A DNA stretch of 64,000 nt, taken from NCBI GenBank assembly GCA_035758565.1, contig DASTXL010000001.1:267242-331241 (forward strand). Reading direction: 5' to 3'. This stretch comes from Candidatus Saccharimonadales bacterium (GTDB lineage Bacteria; Patescibacteriota; Saccharimonadia; Saccharimonadales; UBA10212). Below, piece after piece: positions 55,077 to 62,720 of this stretch; position 1 is the stretch's first letter, and the number at the start of each line of letters is the position of its first letter. The notes under the pieces were generated by a model that did not search any database, was not told where the DNA came from, and saw nothing but the letters and a program-made list of their open reading frames with translations. Both the position numbers and the translations under genes were made by a program.

Positions 55077-56825
55077 ATGCGTAAGGAAGAGTTGCCGCGT
55101 GGGAGCGAGCAAGCGCTTAAAGTTGACTTAGATTGGCGCGAGCCATTTGAATGGCGTGAACCAGCTCACTGGCAAGAAGGCCTTGGGAACATTAAGGCAT
55201 TGGCCCACAGCATGCTCGCAGACGCCCGCATCCATGCAGCTAAAATGCTAATCAGGAACCGTGAGCGGGCCCAAGAACTTTATCACTGGCACGACGGGCT
55301 GCACACGCCGCCAGCCGCCGAACACTACCGCCATACTTATCTATGGGATTCCGGTTTTTGCCAGATCATGCTGGCGCAAGCCGCCGAACTGGCTTATAAA
55401 TCAGCAGTTCACCTAGAAACCCGTCTGAATAGCGCTCCACTAGAAGACCGGCTAGAAATTGTTTCAGCAATAAAACAACTGAAAGACCTTGCCGAAACTT
55501 TCCAGAGGGCCAGTGTTACAGAGGGCTTCTCGGTTATTAAAGGCCAAAAAGCAAACGGTTTCATACCCAACCTACAGTATGGCGAGGGAACTCTCTGGTA
55601 TGAAGTTGAGCAGTTTGTATCTCTCGACAAAGTCAACAAAAGCAGCAATTATACTCAGCCGCCTGTTTTGCCGCTGGCAACTTACGCGACTTATAAGTCA
55701 ATGGTCGAGACCAACAACCCCAATGCCAAGCTTTATCTAGAAGAAATGTACGGTTCTATGGATAAATTTATGCGCTACTTCCACGACTACCGCAGCAACA
55801 GCCTGGCCGATAAGAAAATAGGTGTGATTGAACCGCACGAAACCGGCTTGGACTCATTAGAACAATGGGATTACATCAAACCTCACCGAGTAGAGCGCAA
55901 CGGCGTCGACACGCCTCAAGAAGTTGACGATCGCAACCGCTTTGCCGACGGCGGTCACTTTGTAGTCCGGCTATTCGAACGCTACCTTGTGGCTGGCGGC
56001 GATCTTGCCAAACAGCGCCAGCTTTTCTGGTGTAACGACGTATTAATAAACAGCATTTATTTCCATAACCTGCAAGTTATGGCCAAGCTGGCAGCCGAGC
56101 TCGGCAAACAAGATGATTTGGAGTTTTATGAGAATTTAGCAAACACCGTTGAGCAACAGATGATAGATGATATGTGGCAAGACGATCCAGATAAAGTACC
56201 GATGCCGGGCTTTTACTCGCTAAAGGACAATGGCGAGCCAATTGAGACCATAACGGTTAGTAATTTAATGGCTCTAACTTTGCCCCACCTGCCCGAAGAA
56301 AAATTAAAAGCCGTTCTTAATATGATGGATGAGCACTTTAATGTGCCTTATCCGTTGCCTAGCGGCTCAATCAAGAGTCCGAACTACGACCCCAACAACC
56401 AAGAAAAGGATCGCTTGTGGCGCGGACCGACGTGGCTCAATACCAATTGGTATATAGCCGAACACGGCTTGTTTATGCAGGCTGCCCGGCAAGACATCAG
56501 CCCCAAGCTGCGTCTGCGCTGCAAAGCCTGGGCCAACCGCCTCACCCAGGCCTCCAACGAGCTCCTGGACATGAACGAACCCGAAAGGCGACGAGCACAA
56601 AGTATGGGCGCTAAAGTTATCGACATCTTCACCAAAATAGAATTAGAAGCCCATCATCTAAAAGAGTTCCGGACTGGCGCTTACGAACACTACAACCCGC
56701 ACACCGGCGAAGGCCAGCGCGATAAGGTGCGTAACTTTGCCTGGAGCTGGCTAGCTAGATTTATGACCCTAGACGAAGATTACAGCCAGCTAATTCGAGA
56801 AATCGAGCTATCTCTTTCAGCGTAG
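55077..56825 (+). CDS. (alpha/alpha)6-barrel glycoside hydrolase (GH63/GH37-like; glucosidase / mannosylglycerate-hydrolase-like)
   Basis: YLWDSGF, EPHETGLDS and DRLWRGPTWLNTNWYIAEHG are typical of the GH63-like clan. Confidence 0.55.
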   Translation: MRKEELPRGSEQALKVDLDWREPFEWREPAHWQEGLGNIKALAHSMLADARIHAAKMLIRNRERAQELYHWHDGLHTPPAAEHYRHTYLWDSGFCQIMLAQAAELAYKSAVHLETRLNSAPLEDRLEIVSAIKQLKDLAETFQRASVTEGFSVIKGQKANGFIPNLQYGEGTLWYEVEQFVSLDKVNKSSNYTQPPVLPLATYATYKSMVETNNPNAKLYLEEMYGSMDKFMRYFHDYRSNSLADKKIGVIEPHETGLDSLEQWDYIKPHRVERNGVDTPQEVDDRNRFADGGHFVVRLFERYLVAGGDLAKQRQLFWCNDVLINSIYFHNLQVMAKLAAELGKQDDLEFYENLANTVEQQMIDDMWQDDPDKVPMPGFYSLKDNGEPIETITVSNLMALTLPHLPEEKLKAVLNMMDEHFNVPYPLPSGSIKSPNYDPNNQEKDRLWRGPTWLNTNWYIAEHGLFMQAARQDISPKLRLRCKAWANRLTQASNELLDMNEPERRRAQSMGAKVIDIFTKIELEAHHLKEFRTGAYEHYNPHTGEGQRDKVRNFAWSWLARFMTLDEDYSQLIREIELSLSA

Positions 56826-57243
56826 TTCTAGCGAAATATTACCCGCAAAAATCAATATTGCCCGTGCTTAAATGCTTGGTCTAAAATAAAATTAGCCGTG
56901 TGAGGACTCGGTAAACGTTTCTCCTCGCAGACTTATTTTCAAACTCCAGGGTAGCATCACAACCTAGTCACTGCTAACCTCAATACATTTGCTAAGCTTC
57001 CTAGCTAAACGGGGCAGGTATCAGAACGGTTACCGACCCTTAGACGCTTCAAGGCAGCCGACTCTTATAAAGGCCGTTCGCCACATCTCGACTACAGATG
57101 AATGGCACTCTTTTTATAAACCTTAAAAACCTAATTTTCACCACTCGAGAAAACAGAGCGAGAGAGCACGAGTAAAAGTGGAATCGAGGACTTGTCTGAC
57201 GAACAATAGTGAGGAGTCCCGCAGATTCACTTTTAATGAGTGA

Positions 57244-57281
57244 TCGAATGAGCATCCAGTTTTCGAATGTGCTGAGAGTTT
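57244..57281 (+). repeat. Tandem 19-nt direct repeat x2
   Basis: tcgaatgagcatccagttt (57244-57262) and tcgaatgtgctgagagttt (57263-57281), 14/19 identical and directly abutting. Confidence 0.8.
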
Positions 57282-57296
57282 GGCGCCACCAGTGCA

Positions 57297-57320
57297 CCCC
57301 ACAAAGTAAACTTTGCGGGG
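57297..57320 (-). repeat. Hairpin family copy H2 (minus strand reads CCCCGCAAAGTTTACTTTGTGGGG)
   Basis: 22/24 identical to H1 (36995-37018). The two differences fall on paired positions (T-A becomes G-C). Not followed by a T-run on either strand. Confidence 0.8.
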
Positions 57321-57387
57321 AACCCCCGGGTTGTCGGCACAAGGTGGCAAAATCAGCCGCCTAGGCTGCCAAGAAAGGAATTCAACT

Positions 57388-57699
57388 ATGGAAAACGTAA
57401 ATCTAATCAACCAAGACGTATCGATCGTAGCCTACTACTTTCATAACCGCGGACGCCGTTTGCGCTGCTACCCAAAGGCTATGGAATGGAATGGCCGAAG
57501 AGTCAACTTCACCGAAACCGGCATGGTACACCCCACTAAGAAAGGTCAGCGCACCTTGCACATCTTTGACATGACCGACGGCAGTGCCGACTACCGCTTG
57601 GAGTTCGACGCTCAACAGCTTACCTGGACGCTGGTTTCAATCGCCGATATTAGCGAACAACAAGATGCCACATTCCTCACACCTAGCCTTGCCGCTTAA
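57388..57699 (+). CDS. Small hypothetical protein (103 aa) immediately upstream of the Y-family polymerase
   Basis: SD aagaaagga upstream. MENVNLINQDVSIVAYYFHNRGRRLRCYPKAMEWNGRRVNF...YRLEFDAQQLTWTLVSI. Beta-rich, with no S24 peptidase motif visible. Confidence 0.6.
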   Translation: MENVNLINQDVSIVAYYFHNRGRRLRCYPKAMEWNGRRVNFTETGMVHPTKKGQRTLHIFDMTDGSADYRLEFDAQQLTWTLVSIADISEQQDATFLTPSLAA

Positions 57700-57718
57700 C
57701 CCAGCTAAACCGCTGGTT

Positions 57719-58933
57719 ATGCACATAGACTTGAATAGTTGCTTCGCTACTGTCGAGCAGCAGGCTAGGCCACTGCTTCGCGGCCGGCCAGTTGGCGTCG
57801 CCAACCGCAATACCGAATACACCTGCGTGGTAGCTTGCAGCTACGAGGCTAAGGCGCTGGGCGTAAAGGTCGGCATGAGCTTCCACGACGCTAAATTGCT
57901 GGCGCCGGATATTGTACTAGTAGAATCCGACCCGCCCAAGTACCACTACGTTTATCAGATCTTGGTCGATATCATGAGAAGCTACTCGCCATTTGTCACT
58001 ATGAAATCGATAGACGAAGGTATCGTAGATTTTGAAGGCACCGAACTTGTAAACAAAGGGTCTCTGGAGGACATTGGCTACGAAATCAAACAACGCTTAA
58101 AGGACGAAATTGGCTGCTGGATGAAATGTAATATTGGCATTGCCCCCAACCGGTTTTTGGCTAAAACCGCCGCCGGTCTTAATAAGCCAGACGGCCTGGA
58201 TATTATTACCGCGAGAAATTTGCGCCAGATTTTTACTGGCCTTAAACTAACCGACCTGACCGGCATCGCCGAGCGCAACCAAGCTCGCCTAAACAGCGCT
58301 GGCATTTATACGCCGCTAGAGTTTTTAGACGCCCCGGCTGACCTACTCCGCCGCCGGGTGTTTAAAAGTGTTTGCGGCGAAGATTGGTATAAACGCCTGC
58401 GCGGCTGGGAAGTTGACGACGTAGAACACGGTTTAAAAACGGTTGGCCGGCAATTTGTGATGGACGAAATGCGTCCCAGCGCCGATACCGTGCGGACGCG
58501 CCTGGCCTACCTCTGCGAAACCACAGCTATGAAGTTACGTTATAAGGGAGTCTGTGCGCGCGGCATCTTCGTTTACGTACGTTACGCTAACGGCGACTAT
58601 TGGTATGACCGGCGGATGTTCAAAAGCGCTTTTTACACCAACCAAGAAGTGCTGCGCCGAGCATTACTACTCTTTAATAACCGGCCGCATGAGGCCTATG
58701 AGCGCGAAATCGGCGTGACTTGCTACGGACTAGAGCCGTCAAATATTAACCAAATTAGTCTGCTAGAGGAGGTTAACAAAGAAGCCTGGCTGACTGAGGC
58801 TATAGACACGATTAACGGTCAGTTTGGCGAATTCACCATAACTTTTGCTACGTCTTTGGGCGCCAAAGCTACCGTCAAACAAAAAATTCCGTTCGGTACC
58901 ACACGCTACTTTGAACTACTCTGCAACGCCTAG
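57719..58933 (+). CDS. Y-family DNA polymerase, UmuC-like
   Basis: MHIDLNSCFATVEQ, VGVANRNTEYTCVVACSYEAKALGVKVGM and SIDEG. An alternative in-frame ATG at 57665 would overlap the small ORF by 35 nt. Confidence 0.85.
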   Translation: MHIDLNSCFATVEQQARPLLRGRPVGVANRNTEYTCVVACSYEAKALGVKVGMSFHDAKLLAPDIVLVESDPPKYHYVYQILVDIMRSYSPFVTMKSIDEGIVDFEGTELVNKGSLEDIGYEIKQRLKDEIGCWMKCNIGIAPNRFLAKTAAGLNKPDGLDIITARNLRQIFTGLKLTDLTGIAERNQARLNSAGIYTPLEFLDAPADLLRRRVFKSVCGEDWYKRLRGWEVDDVEHGLKTVGRQFVMDEMRPSADTVRTRLAYLCETTAMKLRYKGVCARGIFVYVRYANGDYWYDRRMFKSAFYTNQEVLRRALLLFNNRPHEAYEREIGVTCYGLEPSNINQISLLEEVNKEAWLTEAIDTINGQFGEFTITFATSLGAKATVKQKIPFGTTRYFELLCNA

Positions 58934-59023
58934 TCTTGTACTTGAATAATCAGATTGAAAAAATCTTGCCGGCGACAGATAATAAAAGCATTAACTTTAT
59001 AGCTATACGGTGGGTGAAACAGG

Positions 59024-60256
59024 GTGTTATTTCGTAAGTTAAAGGCCGCTCATCAGAGAAAAGGCGGCCTAACAGTCAGTGAACAGGCAGAGAAAGACAG
59101 CCGCCTAGGCTCTGATTTTATTCTTAGCGCTATCGAAGACGGCGTAGTGCTAGCTAGCCGTGATGGTCGGGTCAACTTATTCAACCCGGGGGCAGCCGTT
59201 TTAACGGGCTGGAAAGCTGAGGAGGCTGTGAACTCTGATATTTATCACGTGCTGCCCTTAATAGACGCCAAGGGGCACCCTCTGCCAGCCGAACAGCATC
59301 CTTTTGCCCAGGCTATTGCCAGCGGCAAGGCCGTGCGCAACCCCAGCACCACCCTAGCTACCAAAAGTGGAAAAACCTTGACCATTTCACTGGTTGTCTC
59401 GCCAATCCTAGACGAGAAGGCCGCACCGACCGGCAACGTAGTAGGTATTTTTCGCGATGTCACCCGCGAAAAAGAGCAGGAAGAACAGCGCAATGATTTT
59501 ATCAGCACCGCTTCTCACGAAATGCGCACGCCACTGGCTGCCATCGAGGGTTACCTTAGCCTGGCGCTCAATCCAAAGATTAGCCAAATTGACCCAAACG
59601 CCCAAAAATACATCCAAAAAGCGGCTGACGCCACCAAGCACTTGGGTCAGCTGTTTCAAGATCTTTTGACCAGCTCCAGGGCTGAGGACGGCCGGATTAC
59701 CAGCTACCCGGTAGTAGTAGAGATGGGCGAAGTACTTACTCAGGTGGTAGAGAGCGAGCGCTTCCGCGCCAAAGAAAAGAGCCTGGCACTGAATTACGCG
59801 GTCAGCGCGCCGCAAGACGTGGCCGGCGGCAAGGTAATAAAGCCTTTGTATTATTGTTTTGCTGATCCAAACCGGCTAACGGAAGTTTTGCAAAATATAA
59901 TCGATAACGCCGTTAAGTACACCCCTCAAGGTTCCATCACGGTCCGTTTAACAGGTGATGGCAGTGTAATCCAAATCCAGGTCAGCGATACCGGCATTGG
60001 CATACCGTCAGAAGATATTCCGCACCTTTTCCAGAAGTTTTACCGTGTCGATAACACAGCTACGCGCACCATCGGCGGAACAGGGCTTGGCCTTTATATC
60101 TGCAAGAAAATTCTACAGCTCTATAATGGCAGCATATGGGTAGAAAGCACCCTAAGCAACGGCAGTACTTTTTACATTAACTTGCCCCGGTTAACCACCG
60201 AGCAAGCTCTTAATATGCAAAAGAACCAGGCCGGCATATCCAGCCCTGTTGCATAA
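59024..60256 (+). CDS. PAS-domain sensor histidine kinase (soluble), GTG start
   Basis: PAS-like N-terminus; H-box ASHEMRTPLA; N-box IDNAVKYTP; DTGIGI; GTGLGLYI. Confidence 0.85.
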   Translation: MLFRKLKAAHQRKGGLTVSEQAEKDSRLGSDFILSAIEDGVVLASRDGRVNLFNPGAAVLTGWKAEEAVNSDIYHVLPLIDAKGHPLPAEQHPFAQAIASGKAVRNPSTTLATKSGKTLTISLVVSPILDEKAAPTGNVVGIFRDVTREKEQEEQRNDFISTASHEMRTPLAAIEGYLSLALNPKISQIDPNAQKYIQKAADATKHLGQLFQDLLTSSRAEDGRITSYPVVVEMGEVLTQVVESERFRAKEKSLALNYAVSAPQDVAGGKVIKPLYYCFADPNRLTEVLQNIIDNAVKYTPQGSITVRLTGDGSVIQIQVSDTGIGIPSEDIPHLFQKFYRVDNTATRTIGGTGLGLYICKKILQLYNGSIWVESTLSNGSTFYINLPRLTTEQALNMQKNQAGISSPVA

Positions 60257-60317
60257 GGGTAGCTTTTAAATAGCAACGTTGTTACAATTGGCCTATAAAC
60301 TTAAGCAGGATCGCTAG

Positions 60318-61280
60318 ATGCCAAAAGTACTGCTCGTAGAAGATGACAATAATCTGAGAGAAATCTTCGAGATGCGTTTGCAGGCTGAGGGTTACGACAC
60401 CGTCACCGCCGGAAACGGCGAAGAGGGTCTAACCGTAGCCATGCAGACCAAGCCCGACCTAATCATCTCAGACGTCATGATGCCCAAATTGTCGGGCTTT
60501 GAGATGATCGAGAATCTACGAGCCACCCCAGAGGGTAAAGACGCCAAAGTCATAATGATGACGGCGTTAGGCCAAGCAGAAGACCGGTCTCGCGGCGAAA
60601 AACTGGGCGTGGTAAAGTACCTAGTGAAGTCTCAGGCTACGCTTGAAGATTTTGCCCGAGTCATCCGCGAGGTATTGCCGCCAACCGGCGCCAGTGCCGC
60701 ACCGGCAACAGGACAAGCTAGTGCATCCTCACAAAATAGCCAAGAAAGCGAGAGCAAAATGCCAGAAGAACCAACAACGCCAACTAACCCGGCAACACCA
60801 GCCGCTGATCCGGCGCCAACGCCACCAGCGGACCCAATGACCCCGCCAGCAACTGGCGCGCCAGACTCAGGTGTCAGTAGCGATCAGCAAAGCACCACCG
60901 ACGAGCAAAACGCCGTTCAAGGCCAAATTAATGATTTCGTAAATAACGCTCCGGCCACTGATGGTGCTACTCCCCCTGCCGCCGATAGCATGACCCCGCC
61001 AGCGCCAGCCACTACCCCGGATCCAGGCACAGCATTCACGCCAAGTGCGCCAGTAGATAATCCAGTATCTACTCCTGGCGCTCCCGATTTAACGGCTCCA
61101 GCTGCAACTACCGATGTACCAGTGGTTCCGCCGGCAACGCCGCCAGCTGATAACCCGCCGGTAGTGCCGCCGCAAACCGACGCGCCGGCACCAGCCGCAG
61201 ACGGTTCGGCAATGCCGCCAGCAGGCGACACATCAGCAACGCCGCCAGCGCCAGGAAATCCAACAAGCAACGCAATCTAA
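60318..61280 (+). CDS. Single-domain response regulator (receiver) with a ~200-aa Pro/Thr/Ala-rich low-complexity tail
   Basis: PKVLLVEDD...DLIISDVMMPKLSGFE...KYLVKS, then repeats such as DPMTPPATGAP and DSMTPPAPATT. Confidence 0.85.
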   Translation: MPKVLLVEDDNNLREIFEMRLQAEGYDTVTAGNGEEGLTVAMQTKPDLIISDVMMPKLSGFEMIENLRATPEGKDAKVIMMTALGQAEDRSRGEKLGVVKYLVKSQATLEDFARVIREVLPPTGASAAPATGQASASSQNSQESESKMPEEPTTPTNPATPAADPAPTPPADPMTPPATGAPDSGVSSDQQSTTDEQNAVQGQINDFVNNAPATDGATPPAADSMTPPAPATTPDPGTAFTPSAPVDNPVSTPGAPDLTAPAATTDVPVVPPATPPADNPPVVPPQTDAPAPAADGSAMPPAGDTSATPPAPGNPTSNAI

Positions 61281-61296
61281 ATTGAATAGACCAGTA

Positions 61297-61331
61297 AAAA
61301 TCCGCCCCTAACTTATAGAGGCGGATTTTTC
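61297..61331 (+). terminator. Rho-independent terminator
   Basis: aaaatccgcc pairs with ggcggatttt, followed by a T-run. Confidence 0.7.
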
Positions 61332-61356
61332 ATTTTACAGGTATAATATAGAACCA

Positions 61357-62673
61357 ATGAGCAGTCAAAAAGCAAGTATTGTCGCAATTGTCGGCCGGGC
61401 TAACGTGGGCAAGTCCAGTCTGTTTAACACCATCATTGGCCAGCGGGAAGCGATTGTCGCCGACGAACCCGGCACCACCCGCGATTCTTTAATGGCCAAG
61501 GCAAGCTGGAACGATAAAGATTTCTGGTTGGTAGATACAGCCGGCCTCAAAACCGCCGAAGACGATTTTGAGTTAACTATTCAAGAGCAGATCAGCGAAG
61601 CCGCTGCCACTGCCGATATGATATTGGTTGTTGTCGAAGCCGATGTGCCGCCGACAGAAGAAGATCGTCGAGTGGCCCGCATGGCTCTAAAAAGCCGCCA
61701 GCCGGTCGTTTTGGTAGTCAATAAGCTCGACAAAAATAAACGGGCTGACTTGGGCGACTGGCAGAGACTAGGCATTAAGCCAGCTTTTGGCACCAGTGTC
61801 ACTCAGCGTATCGGTATTGACGATCTGTTTGATTACGTTACGGAGCAGCTGCCAAAAGGCAGGATTCACGAGGATGATAATCGTATCCGCGTTGGCCTGC
61901 TTGGCCGGCCAAACGTTGGCAAGTCATCGTTGTTCAACGCGCTAGCTAAAAAACAGCAAGCGATCGTCGCGGATAGAGCAGGCACTACCCGGGATGTAAA
62001 CCGCACCGTTATTCGCTATGAAGGTCGGGAAATTGAACTCATGGATACCGCCGGCATACGCCGGGCTGGCAAAGTTGAGCGAGGAGCTGAGCACTTTAGT
62101 GTTTTGCGCTCGCTAGCCGTTATAGAGCAGGCGGACGTTTGCCTGCTATTAATGGACGCCGGCGAACTGAACGTACAGCTCGACCAGAAAATCGCCGGCA
62201 TGATCAAAGAAGCCGGCAAGGGTCTGGTGTTAGTAGTAGCTAAGTGGGACAGTTTAGACAAAGACGCCTACACGCACGATACTCTCGCCCCACAAATTGC
62301 CGCCAACTTCGACTTTGTGCCGTGGGCCCCATTGATATTTACCAGCTCCGTTACTGGGCAAAACGTTACCAAGATTTTCGACCTGATAATTCAAATTAGC
62401 GAGGTTAGGAAACAACGCTTCGCTACCGCCGAGCTTAACAACTGGCTGCGCCGAGTAGTCAACGAGCATCCGCCAGCCGGCCTTAAAAACCGCTCGCCCA
62501 AGCTCAACTACATAGTTCAGGAAGATGATAACCCAATTCCGAGCTTCAAGGTCTTTGGCGCCCACACGCGTTTTTTGCATTGGAGCTACAAGCGCTACAT
62601 GGAGCGCAAATTCCGCGAGACTTGGCCCCTAGACGGTTCACCGCTTAAATTCTGGTTCATCGAGAAGCATTAA
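61357..62673 (+). CDS. der: Ribosome-associated GTPase Der (EngA)
   Basis: Two G domains (GRANVGKSSLFN, GRPNVGKSSLFN; DTAG twice; NKLD and AKWD) plus a KH-like C-terminus. Confidence 0.95.
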   Translation: MSSQKASIVAIVGRANVGKSSLFNTIIGQREAIVADEPGTTRDSLMAKASWNDKDFWLVDTAGLKTAEDDFELTIQEQISEAAATADMILVVVEADVPPTEEDRRVARMALKSRQPVVLVVNKLDKNKRADLGDWQRLGIKPAFGTSVTQRIGIDDLFDYVTEQLPKGRIHEDDNRIRVGLLGRPNVGKSSLFNALAKKQQAIVADRAGTTRDVNRTVIRYEGREIELMDTAGIRRAGKVERGAEHFSVLRSLAVIEQADVCLLLMDAGELNVQLDQKIAGMIKEAGKGLVLVVAKWDSLDKDAYTHDTLAPQIAANFDFVPWAPLIFTSSVTGQNVTKIFDLIIQISEVRKQRFATAELNNWLRRVVNEHPPAGLKNRSPKLNYIVQEDDNPIPSFKVFGAHTRFLHWSYKRYMERKFRETWPLDGSPLKFWFIEKH

Positions 62674-62720
62674 ACGCTTCTGCTTGCTTTAACTAATTTT
62701 TAGGTAGTAAACTGCTGCCT

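Noticed and set aside
57150-57225. RNase P RNA (gtgaggagtcccgcag resembles the GAGGAAAGUCC core; acagagcgagagagca resembles the E. coli M1 ACAGAGAGCA stretch)
   Set aside because: The two patches are in the wrong order relative to bacterial type A RNase P. The ACAGAAxCCGGCUUA (CR-V) element and the P4 partner are absent.
57265-57330. TPP riboswitch (GCTGAGA ... ACCC present)
   Set aside because: It lacks the ACCTGAT...GCG.AGGGA pyrophosphate-sensing half and the P1 pairing, and the downstream genes are unrelated to thiamine.
56826-57387. tmRNA (ssrA) in the 562-bp non-coding region; smpB is in the window and ...ggcgccacca occurs at 57279-57288
   Set aside because: No 5' GGGG strand complementary to the putative 3' acceptor, and no G3-U70 pair (position 70 would be G). 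There is no clean T-arm before the CCA and no tag ORF ending in a hydrophobic ...AA stop on either strand.
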